DNA of 64,000 nt from Chiloscyllium plagiosum (Eukaryota). Below the pieces are notes generated by a model that did no database searches, had not been told where the DNA came from, and saw nothing but the letters and a program-made list of their open reading frames with translations. The position numbers and the translations under genes were made by a program. The stretch's first letter is position 1; the number at the start of each line of letters is the position of its first letter. Below, in pieces: positions 39,321 through 52,580 of the stretch. Location: assembly GCF_004010195.1 (NCBI RefSeq), contig NC_057718.1:61897318-61961317 (forward strand). The letters are read 5' to 3'.

Positions 39321-42300
39321 ACAAGAAAGGGGACAATAAATTTGAATAAACTGTAGCATTTGGAGGTAGTGGACAGTTGTGGCATGTGACTTCCAGTATA
39401 TTAAAGTGGCTGCACTGCTTAATGTGTGACCATTGACAAGATGGATCTATTTACAAGACTAAACCACTTTCCTTCACATACTTTCTCATTACCACAGTTC
39501 CAGTGACCTTTCTTGCACAGGTTGGTCGCAATATCTATTGATAAAGGCGAACTTAGCGATGTTTTCAGTATTGTCTGTACAGTCTTGAAGACGTGCCAGC
39601 GCTTGCCAGTAAAAATGAGTGTCAATTACAAGCTTCCATATTCCATCCCACATATTAGGAGGCACTTGAGCAGAAAGCGTTCAGATGACGTTTGCACTAT
39701 ATTCAGAAGTGCAAATCGTGTAGGCTTTGTACCAAAACTAATCGCGAACAAAAGATCTGTGTCTTGGCATACAAAATTGAGTGAGAAAGTGTAGCGTTTG
39801 AAATGCCCCTGCTGTACAATCCAAACGTAATTGGTGGCATGCATGCTGTGTGTTATGTTATACATATGGATCTGGTGCTATAATATTCATTGCCTTTGTT
39901 CAAGATGAGACAGGCAACCGAGAGGTAGTAGCACAACAAAGATTGTTTTGTCTGTGGCTGGATCTATGTTGCGTTCCCCCTCCCCTCCCCCGCCTTGCCG
40001 TCCAGGTGTGAAAAAAAACTAGTAAAACTGGATTTTGGCTTCCACCAAATGACATGAAAAAGTGCCTTTTATGAGCTTAGGTATTCTTGTCCTCACTCCC
40101 AAAACCTAGAACTCATCTATTGCAAACTGCAGTTACCTTAAAGAAACCTTTCAACCAGTTGTACCATGCAGATGTATTCTAATTTATTTTGTCTCCCTTA
40201 ACTTTAAAGGGTTAGAGCCAAACGTCAATTCTGCCCTACATATGCCATTTAGATATTTTCTCGCTGTTATGTATTTTGTAGAGATGCAGAGACTTGTGCA
40301 TAACCTCTTTCTATTGCTCATCAGCTGATCTTGTACAGTCTCCAGCACGAATGTCTTTACAAACAACGTAAAGTCTTTCTACTTAATTGGACCCTTTTTA
40401 AAAAAAGTTTATGCTTTAATTTCCTCCTTGGAGTAATTTATTTTGCCTCAAACTGAAGTTGTGCAACTTTACTCGTTTTTTTTTGAAAAAGTCAAATCTA
40501 ACTGACCTTCTTAATCCACTTCATTTGGGGGAATTTGAAAACAATTTTACTTTTAATGAGTAGGAACATCCTATCTTTTTATTTGATGTGTCCTCCGTGA
40601 CAATTTACTTTACAGATGTTTTGTTGGCCCACACTTGTGTGTGTTGAATTCTTCATTTAAGAAGAAATTCTCAACTATTTTGTTTTTATAATTTTGAAAT
40701 CCCCATACATCACGCGAGAATCCTCTCTTGCACATCATTTGAGTTTTTAATCCAACGGTCACTACTATGGTAAACACTTGAACGTTGAGTTAGTCTTAAT
40801 GCAGACCATTTCACCTTTTTGCGGCCAGACAGAAGCATACAAGGACCTATTGAATCTGTCTGGACTCAAGTACAGACAGATGGACGGCGCATAGAGCCAA
40901 GAGGTTACGTTTGCCAAGCCCTGCATCGACCCTTTCAGGGGGACTGTACTCAGTTAGTCTGTTGTTGGAGTTGAATTATAGTCGTGCACTGCCACACACA
41001 CAAAAAAAAACATTGTTAATAACACTGACTGCATATTCTTGAACAGCCAGCTACCACTTTACATAGGAGGTTAACTTCGAATTGCCTTACTGTTTGAAAA
41101 CATATTCCTCCTATTTGGAATGCTGGGTCAAAACGTGGAACAAAGTGTTTCCAGCCTTTTGTATCTACGCAGTAAGTGAATTATAGACCCTGCCATTGTA
41201 CGACAAAAAAAATGACATTTGTTAGAGCATCTTTCCATTGTTACATCAAGATGTAATGCCTGAAACACTATATAGCAAACAATATTTTGGGGGATAGGGT
41301 GAGAAGAGTAAGGGCACTGTTTCATTTACAGTTAGAATCTAATTATATATACCCGCTAACCGCTACAGGAAGCATTGGAATCGTTCCAAATCACCAAAGC
41401 TCTCGAAGTCATTTAATTTAAACAAAAACTTGAATTCGTCAGGAGTGTTGGATGTTGCCCACCTGTCCGCACCTGGTAGTCAATCACCTTTCGTAAGCTG
41501 CGTCGTGATGGTATATAATGCGCTATTGTTTTTCTAATATCTATGTAACCAGATCATTGGTGATGCTCACACAAAGCTAAATTATAAAACAATAACTGCA
41601 TAAAAGGCATTAACTGTGTTAATTGCTTTTTAAAGAAATTCCATGGCTTAAAAATCAAAGAAATACTAACTTAAAATCCCATCTACGGCAGGATATATCT
41701 TTTTAAACATAATCGTCAAATCTGGCAATTCAATCATCAGCACAGGTTTAAATCGGCGGCTGACAATGAATATTAATGTGAGGATTTCGCACTGGGTATT
41801 ATCATACTGTGGAACGGGTGGGTCTATGATCCGCGTGTTGGCAAGCATTAGCAGTAATCAAAACGGATTACTTGACCAAAAAAAATGTCTTTGAATAAAT
41901 CTTATATGTTTTGTCCATTTCCTTTAATTCGTTTTTAAAGTGCTTGTTGACAGGATTTGTTAGGAATTCGGAGGAAAACATTACACGTTCTCTTCCACCC
42001 TCCCTAACGATAAACCATGTTACATTTTAAACATTTTAAGTGGAAAATGCTTTTGTGTAATTAGTAAAAAATAAATTTCAGACATTTCTTCCACATTACT
42101 TAAATGTATTACACTGCAACAGATTATTAATATGTAGACTGCTATTATCTGCAAAAGCTAAAAGTGAGTAAATAGTAAGTTGTGTTATAAATAGCTGTAA
42201 GTAATGAGTTAAATATATGTATATACATATAAGTTATACATAGCTATACAACTCACTCTTGCATTGTGCAAAATGCAGTTTTGTGAATGTTGCTCAAGTT

Positions 42301-44892
42301 TAAAACAATGAATTTAAGATTAACATATAAAATATATTTAGAAAATAACGGACATACATATTGTTTAGTGCTCAGGCATTTACATGTCTCATATTTAGCT
42401 GATATTTCAGAGCCGGGCATGTGAAAAGTCAATTAAACTGGATATATTTTACTTTTGTTTTTTGTTTAAATCGTTTGCTTCACACCATACTTGGCTGATT
42501 ATTGCTGCCCACTGTCCATCAATCTATCGTAATGCATGATCTTGTTTATAACTGGTGTAGTTAAGTTGTTGTTAATTTTACACTAAACGGTTGTTATGAT
42601 GACAAATGAGGAGGCTGTGATCACACACATGGGACCACAAATTTATCTCACGCGTGAAAAGTGGGATTTTGGTTCGGAAGCTTGGCGGTTCTTCGACATG
42701 TCTCGGATGGGAATTGGCTGAAGATCCCGCAACTGAAACCCAAATCCTTCACCTTTGGAATGTAGAGAAACGGACAAATAAAAGTCAACCGAAGCAACTT
42801 CTCGAAAAGAGAATTATTTTAAGCGTGGTTGTGCAGCGCTACGATTCCAATGGAAGCTCGTAAATTGATATTTGTATCGGCTACATTGTATTTTAAATGA
42901 TTTACACGATTATGTATATTAGCAGAGATAAAATGATAACATTTCTGTTACAACTAAGATTTATGTACAAATCCTTTCGCATATGTTCGATCAATACGAT
43001 TTAAACTTAGTTCTATTCCCCAGTAGTATCTGAACGTATTTAATATTGAACGTACTTTAAAATAAAAGTTTACTGATTATTAAAATAGTTTATTTTCTTT
43101 GTGAGTGCCTGTTTTTAAGGATTATACCCAATATAGGATTAGTTTTGAAAGGGTTCCGTGCTCAATTGCTAATCAGGAATATTGCAGATCAAAGAGAGAA
43201 AGAGACAACGAACGATAAAGATCAATTTCAATTTTGTGCAGATAGATTGAATAAGTTATGTTTTAGATCAACTCAGATAAAGCATAAGCACGCTTTTCAC
43301 CGGTGAGCAGATTGGCAGAGGAAAAGGGGAAGTTTGTATTTCTTTGTCAGAGGTGCTGCACTGTCCAGCAGTTTGTAATGAACGCGCGCCATCACCAGGG
43401 CAAAGGCAGCACTATACATCCATAATACAGTACTGTACACCCATAATCACACAACTAGGTCACACAGGCACACATCAACCACAATGAGTTAGACACCTGG
43501 TCAAACGCCATTCTACCGGAGGCCTGTTGCTAAGACAATCAGATCACAACAAAATATTGAAGATCTCTACACTAATAGCATCATAAAGGTTCACATGCTT
43601 CAAATGTTCGAAGGAGTTGGGCAAATTTTAACTCACGATTACAATTTCGATTAGCTCATGCCTAATCAAACTCTATCCGCTTAAGCTATAGGACCAAGTT
43701 GTTAATAATCATCAATTACCGATACAATAATAAACGGATTCGGAAACTATAATAAGAAACGCTTTAAGTTCGCCTGAAGAAACAAGTGATTTAAACTAAA
43801 TTGGGTTTTACTGTAAATGTATGAAATTACAAACACTATTCCTCTTCAATATAGTTACGTATATATTATTACATATATATAATTTCAAAAGTTATTTTTT
43901 TCCCAACAAGATGCAAAAATCAGGTTGCAATGATTTACTTCGTGGTAAAAGTAGTAAATGTGAAGACTTCCCCGTATTTAAGATGAACCCATCGCTTTTA
44001 GCATACCACACATTGACCAAGGAACAAATCAAGATACATGAATCTCAAAAAGAACGACACCAGGAAAATATTGGACAGAAAAACCTTAAACAAATTGCCA
44101 AAGAATCCAACCACAAAGTTCAAAATCTGTGTTCCTACAACATAGTTCTAATACAAATTCAGGAGGTAACCTGGCAGTGGATGCTTTCTGAATTAAAGTG
44201 AGTGTACAACTTCAGTATTTATAAGGACTCGTGTATAGGAGATGTACAGTAGCAAATATTAGTTGCATTTACAAGCGTCCTTAACCTCAGAGAAGGCTGA
44301 TCTAAAATGGAGACTATTATTTTTACAAGTGGAAATAAAGCAGAGGGCACACACTGTGGAATGAGAAATAGTACTGAATAAAATTGGGTTCCCAGGAATT
44401 GTAGCACAATGATTGTTACTGAAGTACTATTCCAGAACTGAAAATGCTGGAAGTGCTCAGCAGTTTGGAAGCATTTGGTGGTTTGTGGTTGCATTTATCA
44501 GTAATTCAGAGGTCTGGATTAATGCCCCAGAGGCCTGAGTTTAAAATCCCATCGCAGCAGGTAGGGGATTTAATTCAGTAAATTAAATAAATCTGGATTA
44601 CAATGTTAGATGAGTCATGATGACCATGGAACTATCAGATTGTTCATCTTGTTCATTGACATCATTGGACCTATTCTGACCAATATCTGGCCAGACAAAC
44701 AGGAATAAAATGACCTAGCAAACCACTGCCGTGAAAAAGGTCAAAAACAAAGCAGACAGGTGTCACTGCCCTAGATACTGGATATGGCAAAGGCATGGTC
44801 AGCCACATTGACCCTGCAAAATCTTTCGTATTGTTATGGGAAATGTGCCAATATTGAGAGAGTTAGAGAACTGTCTGAAAGACTGATCAACT

Positions 44893-45016
44893 AATGAAGG
44901 GTTATGCCCGAAACGTCAATTCTTCTGCTCCTCGGATGCTGCCTGACCTGCTGTGCTTTTCCAGCAACACACTCTCGACTCTGATCTCCAGCCTCTGCAG
45001 TCTCACTTTCTCCCTC
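44893..45016 (+). mobile_element. Monomeric hammerhead-core short element inserted in an old LINE
   Basis: TSD CTGATCAACT at 44883-44892 and 45017-45026. Body is close to the right arm of the 50243 element. Confidence 0.75.
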
Positions 45017-46555
45017 CTGATCAACTGACAACCCACTATAGACATACACATAGAATCATACATTTCAGCTAACATCCCAGATCCATTCCTTATCATCCTG
45101 GGTACATCATAGCAGGACAAACCCACTCGTGGAGACAATACAATAGTGTTATATCATTGGTAGGTAATGTTTCTGGGTATCCTTAACATTGATTCTACAT
45201 ACCATGAAGTCTCATAGCATCAGTCCAAACAATGGGCAAGGAAACCTCCTGATTATAAAACATCCTTACTATCTCTGTGTATTCAAACCTCTCAGCTGAA
45301 GAAGCATTGGTTGAACACCACTTGGAAACAAGAGTAACACGGATACAGAATAGACTTTGGATGAGGGATCCCAATGCTCCCAACAAGAGTGGCTCGGTAA
45401 TGCTACTATTGGTTGATCTTGGGAAGGTCCTGAAAGATTTATCTGCAGAACTAGACCTGCAGCAGTTTGTGAGAAAATGAAAACGAGAGATAAAATTCTA
45501 TGACCTCATTCTCTCTAATCTATCACTGCAGGTCCATCCACCCATAACAATACTGGAGTTACCATTTCTGGTGGACATGAAGTCCCATCTTCACAAGACA
45601 CCCTCCATCTTTATTGCATGGCACTGCCATTATGCTAAATAGGATAGACTCAGAACAACCTAACAGCTCAAAACTAGGCCCTCATGAAGTGCTGTGGACA
45701 ATCAGTAACAATGGAATTGCATTCCACCACAACCTCTAACCTCAGAGTCCAGTATATACTTCACTCTGTCATTACCATCAAATGATAGTTCAACCATAAC
45801 TGAATGAAGAAGGTAAGAAAGCTTGTCAAGAATACATTCGTGAATATGTAACAATGAGCCAACCTGGTGAAGCTACAACAAAAGGACAATAAGCATTTTG
45901 TACAGGAGGAACAGCATACACTAGGCAGTGCTGAGCAATCCCACAACCAATAAATCAAATAAAGCTCTCAGTCCTACTATATCCGAAGGCAAATGGTGGA
46001 TATTTAAATAACTAACTTGAGGAAGAGCCTCCAGAAATATCCTCAACCCCACTGATGCCAGAGTCTGGAGTGTAAAAAGGCCAGGTTGAAACATTTACAA
46101 CTACCTTAAACCAGAAATGCTGAGAGGATGATCCATTTCAATCAGCTCCTAAGGTCCCCGGCATCAGTGATAACAGGCTCCAAACACACTAAATTCAGTA
46201 GAGGCTACAGGCCTGACAACAAATCAGTTGAAATATTGATGATGTATGCTATGACTGTAGCAGAGCTCTTTCAGTATGGTTACAACACAGGCATCCATCT
46301 AACATAGTAGAAGATTGTCCAGCTACATCCAATTCATAAAAAGCTAAAGAAATTAAACCTGAACAAAGTAATAAAAGATGGCATCCACAGTTCCATAAGT
46401 GAGCCATTAACTCAGCAATAAACTACTGACTGATAAACAGTTTACATTCCACCAGTACTTCATGACAGTTTTGGTTGAAAAATGGACTTATTCCAGAGGT
46501 GAGGTGAGGGTAACTGCCTGGATATCAAGATTGCATTTGACTGAGCATAGCATCA

Positions 46556-46599
46556 GGGAGTCATAGCCAAAACTGCATTCAGTTTTGGCTATGACTCCC
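46556..46599. repeat. Perfect 20-bp-arm palindrome
   Basis: GGGAGTCATAGCCAAAACTG-CATT-CAGTTTTGGCTATGACTCCC. Confidence 0.95.
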
Positions 46600-47435
46600 A
46601 GTTAACATTCTCCACTCGTTAGATTCATAGTAAGCACAAAGGTTGTGATTTTTTGAGGCCAGGTATCTCAGCCTTGGAACATTATTGAAAGAGTTCCTTA
46701 GATTAATGTCCCAGGCCTAACAATCTTCAGCTGACCTTCTATTATAAGATCAGCTATGGAAATGGTTGCACAATGTTCAGCACTTGTGTAACTCGTCCAA
46801 TAGTGTTCACTGCAAAATTCAGGTGCAGGCTGATAAATGACAAGTAACATTTGCACCAAACAAATGTTCATCAATGATCATTGTCAACAAGAGGTAATCC
46901 AACTATTAGTTCTTCAGCATTCAGCAAGTTTGACACTAATCAGGGCAAAGTAAACCATTTGATAACATCTACTATGTGAAGCATTTATTCCTTCCATATT
47001 GATGAATAAAGGCAACATTACGTGCTGTTTATATGATGATTTGCACTACCTCAGCAAAATTTCTTCAACAGCAATATCTAACTCTTTTGCTCACCACTAT
47101 CTACAAATTCCCCTCAAAATTACATGTTATCCTGACTTGAAACTATATCACTATTCCTTCACTGTTGTGTCAAAATCCTGGATGTTCCTCCCTAAAAAGC
47201 ATTTAAGATGTACCTACATCACATAGACCACTGTGGTTCGAGAAGATGCTTCACATCACCTTCTAAAGGGCAAGTGATCTCAAGAGAGAATCTAAATACC
47301 ACCCCTTGATATTCAATGGCAACACTATCACTGAATCCCTCATTATCAATATCCTGGGGGTTACTGTTGACCAGGAACTAAACTGGACCCGCCATTTAAT
47401 TACTGTGACTACAAGGGTAGTCAGATGCTAGGAGA

Positions 47436-47940
47436 TGCTGGACACCATCTGGACACAAAGCAGCTGTCTTTGATCACAAAGAGTATCCAAGATGTTCTTC
47501 CATTTTGGTTAAATGCAAAGAGAAGACTCAACAACAACCGTTTGCTTTAGTATGAATATTTATTAAGTAATGATAAAAAAAATTAGAAGAAAACAAATCT
47601 TGCACCCTTCTGCCCATTGGGGACACCCGATCGACTGCTGGTCTGAAGGCTTAGGTTCATTCCTGGCACTGTTGACAATCCCAGTCCGAGGTGAAGTCTA
47701 ATGACTCGGAACGAAACTCGCTGTCTTATACAGAGTAACAAACAGCAAGCACAGAAAATCAAGTACACAAAACAAGCTGATTATGCTGATTTTGCCATAT
47801 ACTGGAATGTTCACACGACTCATTCAAGGCCGTGCAGCTATCGAATATCATCATCAATTTTAGCCCATCCTGTACATTGGCACCCATCCACCTTGGCCAA
47901 AATTAATTCCTTTCACCACTGAAGCCACTATCCATGTTCA
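47436..47940 (-). mobile_element. Possible LTR fragment
   Basis: On the minus strand: TATA-like TATAAG (~47727), AATAAA (~47560) and a CA end at 47436. It interrupts LINE sequence. Confidence 0.25.
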
Positions 47941-50242
47941 TGAATAGCATATACCATTTAGATTGAGATAATAAGCAGGGATACAAAAACAGCTAAAAAT
48001 ATTTAAAAACAAATTCAAAACTAATTAAATAAAATAAAGAGGGAGTCTCAGGTGATATGTTGCTCCTGCATGATGTGGGAGCTGGTGGACACCGTTGTGA
48101 TTCCCAGTGACCACGTCTGCAGTAAATGTGCATTGCTTGAGGGACTCCGGCTCAGAGTTGATGAGCTGGAGTCTGACCTTCAAACATTGTGACACATCAA
48201 AGGAGGGGAAGAGTTACCTGGATGCTGTGTTTCAAGAGACAGTCACACCCCTCAGACTAACTAACTCAAATTCAACCATTGGTCAGGGACAGGAGGGTGT
48301 GGCTGTGAATGAGGTAGGTAGAGGGATCCAGGTTGTAGAGCTGCAGGAGCCTCAGCCCTTGTTCAGGAGTCTTCCTCCCTTTGTGGACAGGAATGGGGAC
48401 TTCAGGGACAATCAGCCAGCTGACCGCAGCACCATGGTCATTCCAGTGGGGTGGGGGCGGGGGGCGGAGTTGAGAAGAAAAATGGTGTTGTAATTGGGGA
48501 TAGTATAGTTAGGGATGTGAATACTGTTCTCTGTGACTAGGATTGAGAGTCTCAAAGATTGTGTTGCCTACTTGATGTTAGGATTCAGTATATCTCATCT
48601 GGGCTGCAGAGAAACTTGGAGTGGGAAGGTAAAGATCCAGTGGTTGTGGTCCACAAAGGTACCAATGACATAGATAAAACTTGGGCAGAGGTTCTTCTAA
48701 GGGAGCATGAACAGTCAGGAGCTAAATTAAAAAGCTGAACCAAAAAGGTAATAATCTTTGGATTACTACTTGAACCACAAGCTAATTAGTATAGGGTCAA
48801 TAAGATTAAGCAGGTAAATGCATGGCTTAAAGATTGGTGTGGGAGAAATGGTTTTGAATTCATGGGACATTAGCACCAATACAAGAAGGGACCTGTACCT
48901 GTTCCGATAGAAGGCTCTTCATCTGAATCGTGCTGGTACCAGAGTCCTTGCAAATCTAATAACCAGGGTTGTAGACAGGTCTTTAAACTAAATGAGGCAG
49001 GGTTGGGGGGGGGGGGGGGGGGGGTAGGGTTTAGTTATAGGAGAAATTAGAAAACCCACATTAAAGGAGTGTAAGTTAGCAATATGGCAGATGGTTATTA
49101 GATCATAAAGGTGAGAGACAGAACAGGTGAATATCTTTATGCACCAAGGAATTATAAAAAAGCAGGAAAATTTACCAGTGGAACAAATTTAGCATGGGAG
49201 ATCAAGATGTGGAATCAATCTGGGTAGAAATAAGAAATAGCAAAGGGAAGAAGTACTTGGCAGGAGAAATCTATAGGTCCCTAAACAGTTTGGCAGTAGA
49301 GCAAAGTATACATCAGGAAATATTAGAGACTTGCAAGAAAGTTATGGTAATAATCATGAGTGATTTTAACATACACATAGATTGGAAGAATCAAATTGGC
49401 AAGGGTAGCCTGGATGCACAGGTCATTGAATGCATTAGAGATTATTTCTTGAAGCAGTATGTTGTGGAATCAACCAGGGAGCAGGCTACTCTGATTTGGT
49501 ATTGCGTAATGAGGAGAGATTAATTGATGACATCATAGTTAAAGATCCTCTAGGAAGTAGTGACCATAGTGTAATAGAATTCAAAATTCAGTTTAGGGGT
49601 GAGAAAGTGGAGTCCCATAGTAATATTCTGGAATTAAACAAAGGAAATTTTATAGGCATGAGGACAAATTTGGCCTGAGTAGATTGGGCAGAAAGGCTAA
49701 ATAGTTAGACAGCAAATGAGCAGTTGCAAATGGTTAAGGAGCTACTCAATTCCTCACAACTGAAATATATGCCAGTGAGAAAGAAAGATGGTGAGGGAGG
49801 ATAAAAAACATCCATAGCTAAACAAGAAGGTCAAAGACAATATAAAGTCAAAAGCTCAGGTATAACATATTGCAAAGACCAGTGGCAAACTGGAATATTG
49901 GGAAATTTTCAAATATAAACTAAAAAATTAATTCAAAAAAAGCTAAGGTAAATTACGAAAGAAAATTAGCACAAAATATCAGTGAGGATAGCAAAAATTT
50001 TCTATAGGTATATAAAAGAGAAGGGTGTTGCTAAGGTGAATGTTGGTCCATTGGACAGTTAATAGTGGGGAACACTGAGATGGTAGAGATTCTAAATCAA
50101 TACTTTGCCTCAGTTTTCACATTGGAGGACAATAGTACAATTGCTATTGGAACGGGCAAGTCAGAGGCAATAAAAAAAAGGTAGAACTTAGAACAATCAA
50201 AATTGATAGGGAAAAGGTACAAAGCAAACTTTTAGGATTGAG

Positions 50243-50619
50243 TCAAAAAGTGTGGTGTTGGAAAAGCACAGCAGGTCAGGAAGCATCCGAGGAGCAGAAG
50301 AGTTGACGTTTGAGACATAAGCCTTTCATCAGGAATGGGGGAAGTTCGGGGGTGGCAAGGGAGCTGAGAGATAGATAGCTCTACCTATCACCTTCAAAGC
50401 TACCTTCCCAGCCCAGCCCCCTCCCATTTATCTCTCAGCCTCCTTGGGCACGCCGCCCCCTTTCCCCACCCCCACCCCCCCAAACACAGTCCTGATGAAG
50501 GGCTTATATCCGAAATGTCGACTTTTCTGCTCCTCAGATACTGCCTGACCTGCTGTGCTTTTCCAGCACCACACATTTTGACTCTGAGCTCCAGTATCCT
50601 CAGTCCTCACTTTCTCCTG
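50243..50619. mobile_element. Palindromic element with two inverted hammerhead-core arms, inserted in CR1 ORF2
   Basis: TSD TTAGGATTGAG (50232-50242) / TTAAGATTGAG (50620-50630). Inverted arms at ~50240-50334 and ~50490-50584. CTGATGA...GAAA core in the right arm and a decayed one in the left. Confidence 0.8.
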
Positions 50620-51487
50620 TTAAGATTGAGGGTAGAGAAGTCCCCCAGGCCTAATGGCCTACATCCTAGGGTATTAGAGGAAGGGAAAATAGTAGACTGA
50701 TTAATTACAATATTCAAAAATTCCCTGGCCACACGAAAGGTTCCAGTGGATTGGAAAATGGCTAATGTAACACCCTTATTCAAAAATGGAGGGAGGCAAA
50801 ACATGAGTAATTACAAACCAGTTGGTTTAACATCTGTTGTTGGGGAGGTGTTAGAAACAATTATCAAGGAAGCAATATCAGGAGATTTGGAAAGTCAAAA
50901 TGCTATCCATCCGAGTCAGCATGGTTGTTTGAAGTGCAAATCATGTTTGACTAATTTTCTAGAGTTCTTCGAAGATGTAACAAGCAAAGTGGATAATGGG
51001 GATCCTGTAGATATACTATATCTGGCCTTCTGGGAGAATTTTGAAAAGGTGCCCTATGGGATTAGGGGTAATTTAATAGCTTGGGCAAATGACTGGCAAG
51101 ACAGAAGACAGGAAGTCGGCATAAAAGGTATTTTTTCTAGATGGCAAGATGTAACTAGTGGGGTGTCACAGGTTTCAGTCCTTGGATTCCAGCTATTTAC
51201 AGTCTACATTAGCAGCTTGGATACAGGGATAGAAGCCACATTTGCCGATGGCACAAAAATAGGCAGGATGGTAAATTACAATGAGGAAATAAGAACCTTG
51301 CAAATGGATATAAGCAGGTTAAGAGAGTAGGCCACAATATGGCAGATGGAGTTTAATGTGGATAAGTGCAAGGTCATGGATTTGGGTTGAAAAATGAGAA
51401 GGCAATCTATTATCTTAATGGGGACAGACTTCAAGATGCTCCGGTGCAGAGGGATCTAGGTGTACTCATTCATGAGTGACAGAAAAC

Positions 51488-51651
51488 TAGATTAGATTAG
51501 ATTACTTACAGTNNNNNNNNNNNNNGGGAGGAAACCGGAGCACCCGGAGGAAACCCACGCAGACACGGGGAGAACGTGCAAACTCCACACAGTCGGTCGC
51601 CTGAGGCGGGAATTGAACCCGGGTCTCTGGTGCTGTGAGGCAGCAGTGCTA
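51488..51651 (-). mobile_element. HE1-like SINE inserted in CR1 ORF2 (contains an assembly gap)
   Basis: (ATTAG)n tail, N run, then a body matching the 4529 copy; 5'-truncated. Confidence 0.85.
51513..51525. other. Assembly gap (13 N)
   Basis: N run. Confidence 1.
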
Positions 51652-51859
51652 AGATACAGCAGATAATAAAGAAAGTGAATGGTATGTTGGCTGTTATAAC
51701 TAAAGGAATAGAATATAAAGGTAAGGAAGTATTGTTGTAAATATACAGGGCACTGTGCACAGTTTTGGTCCCCTTATTTGAGGAAAGATGTAGTGGCATT
51801 GACTGCAGTTCAAAGGAGGTTCACTGGATAGATCTCCGAGATGAGGTTGTTGTTGTGTC

Positions 51860-52580
51860 ATAGAGGATAGAACATGGAACATTACAGTGCACCACAGGCC
51901 CTTCAGCCCTCATGGTTGCACTGTCCTGTGAAACCAATCCAAAGCTCATATAACCTATATTATTCCATTCTCATCCATATGTTTATCCAATGACCATTTA
52001 AATGCCCTTAACGTTGGTGAGTCAACTACTGTTGTAGGCAAGCATTCCATGCCCTTACTATTCCCTGAGTAAAGAATCTACCTCTGACATCTGTCCTGTA
52101 TCCATCACCCCGCAATTTAAAGCTATGTCCCCCCGTGGTAGCCACCACCATCTGCAGAAAAAGGCTCTCACTGTCCACCCTATCTAATCTGCTGATCATC
52201 TCGTATGTCTCTATTATGTCACCTCTCAACCTTCTTCTCTCTAACAAAAACAGCCTCAAGTCCCTCAGCTTTTCCTCATAAGACCTTCCCTCCATACCAG
52301 GCAACATCCTGATAAATGTCCTCTGCAACTTTTCTAATGCTTCCACACCGTTTCTATAATGCGATGACCAGAACTGTATGCAATACTCCAAGTGAGAACA
52401 CACCAGAGGTTTGTACAGCTGCAACATGATCTCATGTCTCAAAAATTCAATCCCTCTACCACTTATGCCTTCTTAACAACCCTATTGACCTGGGTAGCAA
52501 CTTTCATGGATCTATGCACATGGACACTGAGATCTTTCTGCTCATCCACACAACCAAGAATCTGACCATTAGTGCAGTAA
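51860..52580 (-). mobile_element. CR1 3' fragment nested in the larger CR1
   Basis: ORF LYKPLVCSHLEYCIQFWS...RRRLRGDIIETY...FFTQGIVRAWN (CR1 ORF2 C-terminus) with an AGAACAT-type tail. Confidence 0.88.

Larger units (their letters stand above)
44500..47430 (+). mobile_element. Old decayed LINE (endonuclease + RT remnants, CR1/L2/Jockey-group type)
   Basis: Endonuclease-like remnants at 44830-45600. RT-like remnant resembling ALDIKxAFDxxxHQG (frameshifted) at ~46505-46560. Many stops and frameshifts. Confidence 0.6.
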
